From assembly GCA_031285625.1 (NCBI GenBank), contig JAITVV010000095.1:1-64000 (forward strand): 64,000 bases of DNA, read 5' to 3'. Shown in pieces: positions 37,616 through 48,749 of this stretch. A program made the position numbers and the translations under genes. The stretch is from Prevotella sp. Its GTDB lineage: Bacteria; Bacteroidota; Bacteroidia; Bacteroidales; Dysgonomonadaceae. Each line of letters starts with the position of its first letter. Within the stretch, counting starts at the first letter, position 1. Below the pieces are notes generated by a model that was not told the origin of the DNA, did no database searches, and saw only the letters and a program-made list of their open reading frames with translations.

Positions 37616-38821
37616 TTAATTTTCAAATATTCTGCTGCGTGCCAGCATACAGGCCCCAACAACCCCAGCTTTGTCTTTCAATTTAGAAACGACCATTTTC
37701 GAATCTTTATTTACCAGATTCAAAGAATACTTGCGTACTGCCGATTTGATTGGTTCCATGATATAATCGCCTACTACAGAGACTGTACCCCCTATGATAA
37801 CCATCTCAGGGTTGAAGATATTAATAAGCCCGGCAATGCTTTCTCCCAGTTTTTGTCCGATCTCTTCCACCAGGCCAATACAAAGCACATCTTCTTTCGA
37901 TACGGCATCTATAATGTCATCTAAAGTTATTTGCTTATTATCAATCGCCCGTTGCGAAAGCAGGGAAGTTCCCCCTTCATTCACCAGTTCGAGCAAACGC
38001 CTGTGCATGGCCAGTCCTGATGCTTCGGTCTCAAGGCAACCTTTCTTTCCACAATGACACAATATTTCATTATTATAGGTTTTTACATGGCCAAATTCAC
38101 CGGAGAATCCGGATTTTCCGGTATATATCTTCCCGTCTATTATAATACCAATAGCAAGCCCCCAACTGAGGTTTACAAAAATGACATTTTTTTCGTCATT
38201 TACACATCCTGCCATATATTCGCCATAAGTCATAGCCCGCGTATCATTATCTATGGTTACCGGGTATCCCAGTTTCTCTCTTAATACCTCAGGTAGTGGT
38301 TTTTCATTAAAATGAAATACACTGTGACTATATCCGGTTTCAGGGTTTACGCGCCCAAATATATTTATATCTATATTCAGAATTTTACTTTTATCAATAG
38401 TTTGTGAATCGATAAAATCTTTAATGATCTTGCACAGGTTATTTAATGCTTGGGGAGTATTCTGAAAGTGATAATCGACACTCATGCAGAGGTCTATCAT
38501 TTCTCCCTTAAAGTTAATAATGGCAATATTAACACTCGATTGTCTCATGTCAACACCTACAAAATAGCATGCATCCGGATTCAGTCCGTATAAGTTAGGA
38601 TATCGCCCTTCTGTTGTTTCCAGTTTCCCATAGTCAGTGATGAAACCTTCTTCACACATTTCCCCGATAAACTTGGTGACAGTAGGGATACTAAGATCAA
38701 TATCCTTAGATAGTTCAGTAAGGGTAGAGCCACCATTGTGTATATAATGGTTTATGATCTTCTTTTTCACAAGAGCACTTTTTACTCCCTTTCCAACTTC
38801 GTCTAATAGTTTTCTATTCAT
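37616..38821 (-). CDS. ROK family transcriptional regulator (XylR/NagC-like)
   Basis: N-terminal HTH LSIPTV; IDNDTRA; GEFGH; CHCGKKGCLETEAS. Confidence 0.92.
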   Translation of the reverse strand: MNRKLLDEVGKGVKSALVKKKIINHYIHNGGSTLTELSKDIDLSIPTVTKFIGEMCEEGFITDYGKLETTEGRYPNLYGLNPDACYFVGVDMRQSSVNIAIINFKGEMIDLCMSVDYHFQNTPQALNNLCKIIKDFIDSQTIDKSKILNIDINIFGRVNPETGYSHSVFHFNEKPLPEVLREKLGYPVTIDNDTRAMTYGEYMAGCVNDEKNVIFVNLSWGLAIGIIIDGKIYTGKSGFSGEFGHVKTYNNEILCHCGKKGCLETEASGLAMHRRLLELVNEGGTSLLSQRAIDNKQITLDDIIDAVSKEDVLCIGLVEEIGQKLGESIAGLINIFNPEMVIIGGTVSVVGDYIMEPIKSAVRKYSLNLVNKDSKMVVSKLKDKAGVVGACMLARSRIFEN

Positions 38822-39583
38822 AATGCAGACTATCTTATACATTACAAAATTACGTCAATATTTTATTATCCCAAGCTAATAATTAGATTATATTTTATAT
38901 TCATCGAAATAAATAAAATATTTTTTATGTATATTGGTCTTATATAATAAATTATTTTCTAAAATTAAAAATTTAAATCCTCAACAAAATATACATATAA
39001 ATAACTATTTATAAGATATATAAACCACAAAATTATCATTTTCATATTTAATTATTTTGTTAAAATAAGATCTATATAATAAAATATTTAATTAAGTCTT
39101 TGGTGTTTAAATAAAACATTACAATATTTGTAATCGTAAAAGGTATTTGCATAATACCCTATACTATGAAAAGCATATTAATGTCCAGTAAAAACAGAAG
39201 ATCGTAGAAGGTTTTTGAAAACGGCAGCTTCAGCTGTAACAATCCCCAGCTTGCAATAGCAATAGCCAGCCTCATCCGGATGAATCAGCCTGTGGCTTAC
39301 TATCAGGGTAGCGATGCATGGCTCAAGATGTCTGTAAGTAAAGATTCTGAAATGCAAAAAATGGTAAAAACATTGGGGGACATCTTAGTAAAAAGAAATG
39401 GAAAGTTTTCTGTAATAGATAAATAGTTTATGCTGTTTAGCTGTAAATATTAAATTTATAGATTTTCTCACCCCCCCTTTTTTATATTTTTCCTATCTTT
39501 AATGACTTAAATTGTAATACTTTATTTGTGCCTTTTATAACTTGACTAATGCCCAAATAATTCAGAATAATTATCAAAATGTT

Positions 39584-40855
39584 ATGAGTAAAAAGAACCT
39601 AATCGACAGGCGGAATTTTTTGAAAACATCTCTATTTTCAATGGCCGCCCTAACCATTGTCCCCCGCCACGTGTTGGGCAATGGTTACCTAGCTCCAAGT
39701 GATCAGCTTACCAAAGGTATTATTGGTACCGGTAGTATGGGACGCGGACACCTCAATTATGCAGGTACACGCCTTGTAGCTGTTTGCGATGTAGACAAAA
39801 ATCACCTTGAACTCGGAAAACGTCTGGTACATGATAACATTGCTGCTTATCACGATTTCCGGGATCTCATCCTTGACAAAAATGTAGATATTGTGCATAT
39901 TGCCACACCTCCTCATTGGCATGGTATAATGTCTGTGGAAGCAGCTAAAGCCGGCAAAGACATATGGTGTGAAAAGCCGATGACACGTACTATCGGCGAA
40001 GGAAAACGAGTAATGGAAGCAGTGAAACAATACGGCACCAAATTCCGCCTTAACACATGGTTTCGTTTCACTGATAACTTCTATGGTTTGGGCACGCCTG
40101 TAAAACCATTAAAAAAACTGGTGCAGAGCGGAATGCTCGGCTGGCCGTTAAAAGTAACAATAAGCAAACATACAGGTTTCGACTGGAAATTCTTCTGGGT
40201 CGGCAAAGAATACCTGGAACCGCAACGCGTTCCATCTGAGCTGGACTACGATATGTGGTTAGGCCCGGCTCCATACAAACCATACAACATACACCGTGTA
40301 CATCAGACCTTCCGCGGATACTGGGATTACGATGGCGGAGGACTTGGCGATATGGGACAACACTATATAGACCCTGTACAATACTTCTTGGGAAAAGATC
40401 ATACTAGTCCGGTGAAAATAGAAGTGGATGCACCGCAACAACACCCTGATGCTATCGGCACATGGCGTTCCATAACATATACATATGATGATGGTTGCCA
40501 GATCGTACTATGGGGAGGTGATTATGGTGACCCTAATACTCCATATATATCAGGTCCAAACGGAAATGTATATAAAAATTTCGTTTGTGATATCCCGGAT
40601 TGGGAGAAAAAACTAGCCGATTACCCTGAACCTGAGACTCAGGTTACAGATTTTCTGGAAAGTGTGAAAACACGCAAACAATTTGCATTGAACGAACAGA
40701 ACGGATTCCGCTCTGCTACAATTGTCAACCAAGGTATTGTAGCCCTTAGGCTCAACCGGACATTGCATTTCGATCCTGTGAAATTGGAGTTTATTAATGA
40801 TGATGCTGCTAATCGTTTACTCGATCAGCCAATGCGTGCGCCTTGGAATATTTAA
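39584..40855 (+). CDS. Tat-exported Gfo/Idh/MocA oxidoreductase
   Basis: DRRNFLK; GTGSMG; IATPPHWH; CEKP; DMGQH. Confidence 0.9.
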   Translation: MSKKNLIDRRNFLKTSLFSMAALTIVPRHVLGNGYLAPSDQLTKGIIGTGSMGRGHLNYAGTRLVAVCDVDKNHLELGKRLVHDNIAAYHDFRDLILDKNVDIVHIATPPHWHGIMSVEAAKAGKDIWCEKPMTRTIGEGKRVMEAVKQYGTKFRLNTWFRFTDNFYGLGTPVKPLKKLVQSGMLGWPLKVTISKHTGFDWKFFWVGKEYLEPQRVPSELDYDMWLGPAPYKPYNIHRVHQTFRGYWDYDGGGLGDMGQHYIDPVQYFLGKDHTSPVKIEVDAPQQHPDAIGTWRSITYTYDDGCQIVLWGGDYGDPNTPYISGPNGNVYKNFVCDIPDWEKKLADYPEPETQVTDFLESVKTRKQFALNEQNGFRSATIVNQGIVALRLNRTLHFDPVKLEFINDDAANRLLDQPMRAPWNI

Positions 40856-40874
40856 AAAATTAATGAAAAAAATT

Positions 40875-43800
40875 ATGAAAAAAATATATTCATTGATAAG
40901 CCTCTTTTTGTTCATTTCGGTATTTGTATCGGCTCAGACACATATCAACCGCACAGCTAAAACAATTGTAGCTGATGTCTTAGCACAAATGCCCGCACAA
41001 AAAAGCGAATCATATAATAACCAACTTAAGGATTTGAGTTCTACCGGCGAAGAAGGAGTTTTACAACTTATAAAGATGATGAACACTCCGGGAAACGGAA
41101 GTAATTCCGAGGTAGAATATGCATTAAGCGGATTATCTCATTATGTATCTGCACAAGGACAAGAGGCATTAAGGCTGACTACATCAAATGCATACATCAA
41201 AGCACTTGATATGGTTACCGATCGCGAAATCAAAGCCTTTATTATCAGGCAGCTTGAAGTAATAGGTAAGGACGAAGCTGTAGCTAAACTCTCATCGTAT
41301 CTGGATAATGAATCTTTGAGTGGGCCGGCTGCACGTGCCCTATCGTTAATTAACACATCTGCATCGCAGAAAGCTTTGTTGAATGCTTTGAGCTCTGTAA
41401 CAGATGAAGAATCAAAACAAGATGTAATTCTCGCAGTTGCACGTTTAAAGATTACAGATTCAGAAAATATACTGAGAAGAATGCTTGGCAACAGTAATAT
41501 AAATATGCAAAAAACGGTTGTTTATGCATTAAGTCAGGTTGGGACTAAAGCATCATTGCAAGATCTGGCTGTAGCAGCGAAAAAAGATAATTTTACAATG
41601 CAGAAAGTAGGTGCTAACGAGGCTTATATTACATTGATAAAGCGTGTACTTGCTCAAGGCGATGTGAAGGAAGCCGAGAAAGCAGCGAATGACCTGATGA
41701 AGGAAGCTGAAAAAGCCGGACAAACACAGACCCGTGAAGCTGTATTGGAAATATTGATGGCTGCTAAACCTGTAACTGTTCCCAAATTGTTGCAAAAAGC
41801 ATTAAAGGATTCGAGTGATAAATATCGTTTTAGTGCATTATCATTTGCTTCTGATTATGCTGATAGCAATCTTTACAGTGAACTTATAAAATCCTTAAAG
41901 AAATATAAACCAGAGGCTCAGGCCGATATACTTAATTGGTTAAATCAGGAATGCGAAGATGTTCAGAAACGACAATCTATAGGTTCTTTAGGGACTAAAA
42001 CGATAATTGATCTGCTAATCTTTGGTAGCTCGGAAACTAAAACTGCTGCTGCAGAGATATTGTCTAAGACCGGTAGCCGTGAAGGTATTGTGGCCCTTGC
42101 GTCTCTACTGAATGATGCTGATGTAAAAACTGTAAGTATCGGAAAAGAAGCTCTGTCTACCACCAAAGGTGATATTTCTTCTGCCGTAGCCCCGGTGATA
42201 ACCACTGCAAATACAGCAGGAAAAGTTGCCGGTCTACAATTATTAGCCAGCCGTAAATCTTCTGCAAATATGAATGTGGTACTGGAGAACCTGTATGCGA
42301 GCTCTTCAGATGTAAGAACTGCAGCATATACTGCACTCAAGGATGTAGTAAGTGAGGGCAACCTGGAAGAATTATATTTCCTTTTGGAAGGTACTCATGC
42401 CGAATATGTAGCCCCTGTTCAGCAAGCAATAGTTTCGGCAATGAAATCATATTCGAAAGAAAAACAATTGGAAACAATTGTTGCAAGGATGGATAACGTA
42501 AGCCCTAATAAGCAATATTTGTACTATCCTATACTTTCTGCTACTGGCGAAAGTAAGGCCCTCGGTATGATTGTAGATAGATTTGCACAAGAAACTGGAA
42601 AAGGCAAGGATGCAGCTTTTCAGGCGTTGCTGGATTGGAAAGGCCTGGATGCAGCCGAGGAATTATATACAATATGCAAAGATGCCTCGGTTCCCACATA
42701 TTTTGACCGGGCTCTTGAAAGATATATTCAGTTGGTTTCAACGCCAAAACTGACAGGCGAGAATCGCCGTTTGCTACTAACCAAAGCTATGGAGATAGCT
42801 AAGATGAACGCTCAGAAGAATGCTATTTTAAGGCAATTAGGCAATACCGGAACCTACTTGGGTATGTTGTTGGCCGGACAGTATCTTGATGAAAAGCCTA
42901 TAGCTCAGGAAGCGGCCGGAGCTGTAATGAACATAGCATTGGCAAATAAGAACTATACGGGTAAGAATGTAGAAGAATTGCTAAACAAAGTAATTGATGT
43001 CCTCGATAATCCTGATGCTGAATATCAACGTCAGGCTATTCGTAAGCATCTTGCCGAAATACCAAAAGAAGAAGGCTTCGTTTCTATCTTTAATGGTAAA
43101 GATCTTACAGGCTGGAAAGGCATTGTTGAGAATCCGATAACCCGTGCTAAAATGAGACCAGCTATACTTGCTAAGAAGCAGGAAGCTGCTGATAAGATCG
43201 CACACAAACACTGGATTCCTGAAAATGGTATCCTCATGTTTGATGGTGTGGGAGGTGAAAATCTCTGTACAGAAAAGAAATATGGTGATTTTGAGATGTA
43301 CATAGACTGGAATCTTGATCCTGCAGGACCAGAAGCAGATGCAGGTATTTATCTGAGAGGAACTCCTCAGGTACAGATATGGGATATTTCGCGCGTAAAT
43401 GTGGGAGCACAGGTTGGTTCCGGCGGATTATACAATAATCAGAAGAACCCTAGCCAGCCACTCAAACTTGCCGATAATAAACTGGGAGAATGGAATACAT
43501 TCTATATAAAAATGGTAGGCGACCGTGTAACTGTGAAATTGAATGGTGAACTCGTTGTGGATAATGTTATTCTTGAAAACTTCTGGGATCGCAGCAAACC
43601 TATACCTGCATTAGAGCAACTGGAACTACAAGCTCATGGCAGCAAGGTGTATTATCGCAATATATATGTAAAAGAACTTGAAAGCTTCAAACCGTTTGAA
43701 CTATCTGCAGAAGAAAAGAAAGAAGGTTTCAAAGTGTTGTTTGACGGAACTAACATGCATGAATGGACAGGCAATACTGTTGATTATGTAATAGAAGATG

Positions 43801-44303
43801 GTTGTATCTCACTCGATCCTAAAGGTGGACATGGAGGGAACCTGTATACTAAAAGTGAGTTTGCCAACTTTGTATACCGTTTTGAGTTCCAACTGACACC
43901 TGCAGCGAATAATGGTATTGGAATCCGCGCACCAATGGAAGGTGATGCAGCTTATATGGGTATGGAAATTCAGGTGCTTGACCATGATCATCCGGCTTAT
44001 AAAGACATTACCCCATTGCAGGTACATGGATCTGTATACGGTATAATAGGTGCCAGAAGAGCAAAATTGAAACCTATTGGAGAATGGAATCAGGAAGAGA
44101 TTATAGCTAATGGCAATAATATCAAAGTTACTCTGAATGGTGAAGTCATACTTGATGGCAACATAAAAGAAGCTACTAAAAATGGTACGGCTGATGGTCA
44201 AGAACATCCGGGTTTATTTAATAAAAAAGGACATATCGGATTTTTAGGGCATGGATCTCCTGTCAAGTTTAAAAATATCAGGATCAAAGAACTGAAGAGA
44301 TAA
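40875..44303 (+). CDS. HEAT-repeat protein with two C-terminal DUF1080 (3-keto-glycoside processing) domains
   Basis: Signal peptide; long alpha-solenoid; IFNGKDLTGW..GEWNTF..LQAHG..YYRNI and LFDGTN..GEWNQ..FLGHG..FKNIRIK. Confidence 0.88.
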   Translation: MKKIYSLISLFLFISVFVSAQTHINRTAKTIVADVLAQMPAQKSESYNNQLKDLSSTGEEGVLQLIKMMNTPGNGSNSEVEYALSGLSHYVSAQGQEALRLTTSNAYIKALDMVTDREIKAFIIRQLEVIGKDEAVAKLSSYLDNESLSGPAARALSLINTSASQKALLNALSSVTDEESKQDVILAVARLKITDSENILRRMLGNSNINMQKTVVYALSQVGTKASLQDLAVAAKKDNFTMQKVGANEAYITLIKRVLAQGDVKEAEKAANDLMKEAEKAGQTQTREAVLEILMAAKPVTVPKLLQKALKDSSDKYRFSALSFASDYADSNLYSELIKSLKKYKPEAQADILNWLNQECEDVQKRQSIGSLGTKTIIDLLIFGSSETKTAAAEILSKTGSREGIVALASLLNDADVKTVSIGKEALSTTKGDISSAVAPVITTANTAGKVAGLQLLASRKSSANMNVVLENLYASSSDVRTAAYTALKDVVSEGNLEELYFLLEGTHAEYVAPVQQAIVSAMKSYSKEKQLETIVARMDNVSPNKQYLYYPILSATGESKALGMIVDRFAQETGKGKDAAFQALLDWKGLDAAEELYTICKDASVPTYFDRALERYIQLVSTPKLTGENRRLLLTKAMEIAKMNAQKNAILRQLGNTGTYLGMLLAGQYLDEKPIAQEAAGAVMNIALANKNYTGKNVEELLNKVIDVLDNPDAEYQRQAIRKHLAEIPKEEGFVSIFNGKDLTGWKGIVENPITRAKMRPAILAKKQEAADKIAHKHWIPENGILMFDGVGGENLCTEKKYGDFEMYIDWNLDPAGPEADAGIYLRGTPQVQIWDISRVNVGAQVGSGGLYNNQKNPSQPLKLADNKLGEWNTFYIKMVGDRVTVKLNGELVVDNVILENFWDRSKPIPALEQLELQAHGSKVYYRNIYVKELESFKPFELSAEEKKEGFKVLFDGTNMHEWTGNTVDYVIEDGCISLDPKGGHGGNLYTKSEFANFVYRFEFQLTPAANNGIGIRAPMEGDAAYMGMEIQVLDHDHPAYKDITPLQVHGSVYGIIGARRAKLKPIGEWNQEEIIANGNNIKVTLNGEVILDGNIKEATKNGTADGQEHPGLFNKKGHIGFLGHGSPVKFKNIRIKELKR

Positions 44304-44320
44304 TCAAATACTATATATGG

Positions 44321-44351
44321 AAAGGCCGTAAAAGTAATTTTTACGGCCTTT
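44321..44351 (+). terminator. Intrinsic terminator
   Basis: aaaggccgtaaaa...ttttacggccttt. Confidence 0.75.
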
Positions 44352-44462
44352 TTGTTTTATCAGCAAGACAGAACATGTATATTTATAAAATGGAACGATA
44401 TTTGTAATATTAGACTTTAATGGTAAAATTTGGATAGTAGCAAAATAAATGAAAATCAAAGA

Positions 44463-46811
44463 ATGAGGAGCCCTCTCTGTTTTATTGTTTTCATACTGTT
44501 ATTTCATACAAATATTGTATTATCTCAGACCTTGAGAGGTATCGTATATGATACTTCTGAAGCCCCTGTATCCGGTGCATCCGTTTTTATTAAAGAGTTA
44601 AATTTGGGTCTGATAACAAATAATGAGGGAAAGTTTCAGGTAAACCTTGAAAAAGGACAATATTCTCTTATTTGTAAATCTATTGGCTATAATGAGGCAC
44701 ATCATGTACAAATTGTGCAAGATGGAGATATTTCTGCAAAAATTATACTCACTCCAAATGAGGTCTTCGAATATAGCAGAGTACTAAAGAAAGATACTAT
44801 TGCAGAAAAGATCATAAGAAAGGCTATCAGAACAAGACCTGAATATAAATATTATAAGGCAAGTTCGTATATTAAAGGCGACCTCGTCATGACCCAGATC
44901 TCCCAATTAACCAATAAGCTGGTTGAGAAGATAGAAAAGATCAATATACTTGATTGGCAGAATAAGCCGATACATCAGGAAATATATAGTGATGTAGAAT
45001 TTCAGGCTCCCAATATATATAATATACAAGTAACAGGATATTCCGGAAATATATCCGATGAATTGAATCAGAGAGCGGCAGTCGGCCTTTTGGATGAATC
45101 ATTATACTCAGAAAGGTACAACAACTGTATATCTCCTCTCAATCCGAGAGCATTTTCATATTACAGATATTACTGCACCGATACTTATATACATAATAAT
45201 CAGAAATGCTATATAGTAAAGGTAAAATCGAAGAAAAATGATCCGGAGTTATTAAATGGTGAATTACATATTATGGAAGATGGCAATGTTAACTACTCCC
45301 GTTTGACCAGAAGCCTGCAAGGAGTTGATTTTACGACTACCACTACTTATTACAATATCGATGATGAATATAATATTCCTATTACACACCGGATAAATTT
45401 ACATATGCATGCCTTTGGCAACAGTGGTAAAGTAACTTATCTGACCTCGCTAAAATATAAATCTATAGGAAAGAATGTAATTCCGAAAGATGTACTGGAA
45501 GAGAAAGGTATAAAATATAATATAACTGCAGTTGAAGATTCTATTTTTTGGAACGAGGTAAGAACTCTCCCTGCAAGTCCTCCTGATACGATTAAATTTG
45601 AGCACTTCAATATAAAGAAATATAATTCAAAGCCATGGTTTGGCAAAATCCTGATGGGTGACTATATATATGGTGGCGACTCAAGTAAATGGTCTGTTGG
45701 ATATGGTGGGGTGAAAATGATATTCAGAGACTATAACTATGTAGATGGCTTCTGGCTAGGACAACGATTTTATATCAAATCGAAACTTGATTACGGGAAA
45801 ACATTAGAGATAAGTCCTTTCTTATATTATACTACCGCAAGGCATCGGATGATAGGTGGCAGTGACCTGACATATAATTACCTGCCGGCAAAGGATGGAA
45901 AATTGACATTTGCCGTTGGCTCACATACAGCTGATTTCAATAATCTGAGCATTACCCGGTATAATAACTATTTTAGCTCCCTGTTCTTAGGTAAAAACTA
46001 TAATTCTTTTTATCAGAGAGATTATGTAACAGTTAGCAATAATATAGATCTCACAAAAAGACTAAAGTTGTCGGCTAGCCTGGGAGTAGAAAGGCGCGCA
46101 GGGCTTAACAACAATACTGATTTTACACTTGTCAAGGTGAAGAGGCATAGGATCATTCCCAATATATATCCGGATAAACGTTTTGACAGAACATTTTATT
46201 CCATGGGACTATCATTTTCGCCATACGCTAATTACACAATAGAAAACAATGAGCCTCCCCTTGTTTTCCATCTCGAATTTGAACAAGGCTTTTCAGCATG
46301 GCAAACAAATAATTCGAGGTATAAAAAACTAAAAGGAGGCGTAGTTCAGAATATACGATTAAATTATTTTGATAAAATAGATTATAAAATAGAGGGCGGT
46401 GCGTTTATAGGCTCAAGAAAAAATCTGCACTTTGCCGACTATCAGTTTTACGGATCACCCGACTTGGTATTTAATCTGGGCTCATTATTCGACTCTTTCC
46501 TGTTGCTTGATAATTATGAGCTGCAAGCAAATCATTACTGGATCAATTTATCACTTAATTATTCCGGAAAGTATGTTTTGCTTAAGCGCCTTCCATTTCT
46601 GCAGGGTAAGCCTTTTTTTGAGGGACTGCATTTCAAAACACTGTACACTCCGGATATAAAGTTTTATTCAGAAGTCGGATATTCTTTAAATATCACAAGA
46701 TTATTCGGTATAGGAGTATTTTCTTCATTTAATAATTTTGATTATAAAAATGCAGGCGTGAGGTTCTCTCTGAATCTTCAATCTCTGAAGATATTAAAAG
46801 AACAGGACTAA
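44463..46811 (+). CDS. DUF5686 plus carboxypeptidase-regulatory-like domain outer-membrane protein
   Basis: LRGIVYD..PVSGASV..TNNEGKF..SIGY; ISPL..AFSYYRY; YNYVDGFWLG; YSEVGYS. Confidence 0.8.
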   Translation: MRSPLCFIVFILLFHTNIVLSQTLRGIVYDTSEAPVSGASVFIKELNLGLITNNEGKFQVNLEKGQYSLICKSIGYNEAHHVQIVQDGDISAKIILTPNEVFEYSRVLKKDTIAEKIIRKAIRTRPEYKYYKASSYIKGDLVMTQISQLTNKLVEKIEKINILDWQNKPIHQEIYSDVEFQAPNIYNIQVTGYSGNISDELNQRAAVGLLDESLYSERYNNCISPLNPRAFSYYRYYCTDTYIHNNQKCYIVKVKSKKNDPELLNGELHIMEDGNVNYSRLTRSLQGVDFTTTTTYYNIDDEYNIPITHRINLHMHAFGNSGKVTYLTSLKYKSIGKNVIPKDVLEEKGIKYNITAVEDSIFWNEVRTLPASPPDTIKFEHFNIKKYNSKPWFGKILMGDYIYGGDSSKWSVGYGGVKMIFRDYNYVDGFWLGQRFYIKSKLDYGKTLEISPFLYYTTARHRMIGGSDLTYNYLPAKDGKLTFAVGSHTADFNNLSITRYNNYFSSLFLGKNYNSFYQRDYVTVSNNIDLTKRLKLSASLGVERRAGLNNNTDFTLVKVKRHRIIPNIYPDKRFDRTFYSMGLSFSPYANYTIENNEPPLVFHLEFEQGFSAWQTNNSRYKKLKGGVVQNIRLNYFDKIDYKIEGGAFIGSRKNLHFADYQFYGSPDLVFNLGSLFDSFLLLDNYELQANHYWINLSLNYSGKYVLLKRLPFLQGKPFFEGLHFKTLYTPDIKFYSEVGYSLNITRLFGIGVFSSFNNFDYKNAGVRFSLNLQSLKILKEQD

Positions 46812-46886
46812 ACTGGTTAATTAATTTCTTCGTTTCCTTTCAGATATTGATTATATTTGTCAACAACACAAATTATATTTTAGCAG

Positions 46887-47363
46887 ATGAGTAAATACGA
46901 CGATGCAATCAAAATTATGGAAGAACGTTGTGGAAATGGCAAAGAAGAAGTTATTGCCCTTGCTACAATATCACTTTCCCCGAACGCTAATGGTAATCCC
47001 CGCCCCGCAGTCCGCATGGTATGCGCTTATTATGAAGAAGGTGTATTCTATGTTTCAACAGATGCAAAAAAGAATAAAACATTGCAAATTGAGAAAAACA
47101 ATGAAGTTTCCGTATGTGGCTTCGAATGGTATGCTTTTCATGGTACTGCTGAAAATCTAGGCTGGGTTAAGAACGAAAAAAATGCAGAAATCAGGGCGAA
47201 ATTTAAAAAAGTATTTAATTGGTTCGAGGAAGTTGGTGATGAAGATAATCCCGACTCTATCGTTCTACGCATTACCCTTACTGAAGGCACAATTATTGAT
47301 AACGAAAGGAAATACGGTGAACAGCAGTATGAAATTGATTTTGTTAATAAAACAGTGAAATGA
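46887..47363 (+). CDS. Pyridoxamine 5'-phosphate oxidase-like FMN-binding protein
   Basis: IALAT..PAVRMV..FYVST..K..QIEKNNEVSVC. Confidence 0.82.
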   Translation: MSKYDDAIKIMEERCGNGKEEVIALATISLSPNANGNPRPAVRMVCAYYEEGVFYVSTDAKKNKTLQIEKNNEVSVCGFEWYAFHGTAENLGWVKNEKNAEIRAKFKKVFNWFEEVGDEDNPDSIVLRITLTEGTIIDNERKYGEQQYEIDFVNKTVK

Positions 47364-47407
47364 TTCTATCCGGCAGTTATTACTTACACTATATACTTAG
47401 TAAAAGT

Positions 47408-47441
47408 AAAAAAGAGAGTTACATAATGTAACTCTCTTTTT
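47408..47441. terminator. Bidirectional terminator
   Basis: aaaaagagagttacat-a-atgtaactctcttttt. Confidence 0.8.
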
Positions 47442-47442
47442 G

Positions 47443-47516
47443 CTCTTCCTCTTGGACTTGAACCAAGGACCCTCTGATTAACAGTCAGATGCTCTAACCG
47501 ACTGAGCTAAGGAAGA
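47443..47516 (-). tRNA. tRNA-Asn(GTT)
   Basis: TCTTCCTTAGCTCAGTCGGTTAGAGCATCTGACT-GTT-AATCAGAGGGTCCTTGGTTCAAGTCCAAGAGGAAGAG. Confidence 0.97.
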
Positions 47517-47549
47517 ATTTACTTTCAAGAGAATTACTTTTTTATTTTG

Positions 47550-47623
47550 CTCTTCCTCTTGGACTTGAACCAAGGACCCTCTGATTAACAGTCAGATGCT
47601 CTAACCGACTGAGCTAAGGAAGA
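47550..47623 (-). tRNA. tRNA-Asn(GTT), identical second copy
   Basis: Same 74-nt cloverleaf. Confidence 0.97.
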
Positions 47624-47705
47624 GTATTTTTCTCTCAAAAGTGACGCAAAAATAGGCCTTATTTCTGAATTATGCAATATCTTTGCACAAAAAAATAAAA
47701 TAAGA

Positions 47706-48686
47706 ATGACAAAAGTATTGGGAATGGGTAATGCCCTGGTAGACGTATTAGCCATCATAGAAGATGATAAAATGCTCGAACTGCTTGAACTTCCGAAAGG
47801 TAGCATGCAATTGATCGATAATAAAAAGTTTGAGACCTTAACTAAGGAATTAAATAAATTAAATAAGAGCATTGTATCGGGAGGTTCTGCAGCAAATACA
47901 ATTATCGGTTTAACCCGCTTAGGCATTGATGCCGGTTTTATCGGTCGTATTGGAAAAGACTCTTTTGGAGAGTATTTCAAAAACGATCTGGAAAAGTATC
48001 ATGTGAAATCACATCTTACAGAAGTCGATGAGATTTCGGGAGTTGCATCCACCTTTATATCCAAAGATGGAGAACGTACTTTTGGTACATTTCTGGGAGC
48101 AGCGGCACTATTGCGTGCAGAAGAACTGCATAAAGAGGATTTCCTTGGCTACAGCTACTTTTATATAGAAGGCTATCTTGTGCAAAGTCATGCCCTTATC
48201 AGAAGGGCGATAGAACTGGCCAAAGAGGCCGGAGCCAAAGTGATATTAGATTTAGCCAGTTATAATGTAGTAGTAGAAAATAAAGACTTCCTGCTGGATA
48301 TTATTCCTCAGTATGCGGACATTGTCTTTGCTAATGAAGAGGAGGCTAAATCTTTGCTTGATACAGATGCTGAAAAAGCGGTGTCCAAGCTAGCCAAGCA
48401 AACGGAGATTGCGGTAGTAAAGGTTGGCGAAAAAGGATCATGGATACAGCGAGGTAACGAGAAAGAATTTGTCCCTGCCTATAAAGTTGATTGTGTAGAT
48501 TCTACAGGTGCCGGAGACTTATATGCTGCCGGATTTATCTATGGTTTAATCAATAACTGTCCTTTATCGGTAAGTGGTCAGATAGGGACACTGTTAGCTG
48601 CTCATGTCATCCAAAGGATAGGAGCTAAAGTTGATGATAATAATTGGGAGCAAATCGCTCAAGAGGTAAGGAAAATAAGAAAATAA
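47706..48686 (+). CDS. PfkB family carbohydrate (adenosine-like) kinase
   Basis: GNALVD; GGSAAN; FANEEEA; DSTGAGDLYAAG. Confidence 0.92.
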   Translation: MTKVLGMGNALVDVLAIIEDDKMLELLELPKGSMQLIDNKKFETLTKELNKLNKSIVSGGSAANTIIGLTRLGIDAGFIGRIGKDSFGEYFKNDLEKYHVKSHLTEVDEISGVASTFISKDGERTFGTFLGAAALLRAEELHKEDFLGYSYFYIEGYLVQSHALIRRAIELAKEAGAKVILDLASYNVVVENKDFLLDIIPQYADIVFANEEEAKSLLDTDAEKAVSKLAKQTEIAVVKVGEKGSWIQRGNEKEFVPAYKVDCVDSTGAGDLYAAGFIYGLINNCPLSVSGQIGTLLAAHVIQRIGAKVDDNNWEQIAQEVRKIRK

Positions 48687-48749
48687 AGTATAAAATAATA
48701 AAGAACCTTATCCGGGTGAATAAGGTCCTTTTTATATATTAGAAACAGA

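Noticed and set aside
47443-47623. Duplicated tRNA-Asn as an integration scar
   Set aside because: Both copies are complete, 33 bp apart and share a terminator; an ordinary tandem tRNA pair.
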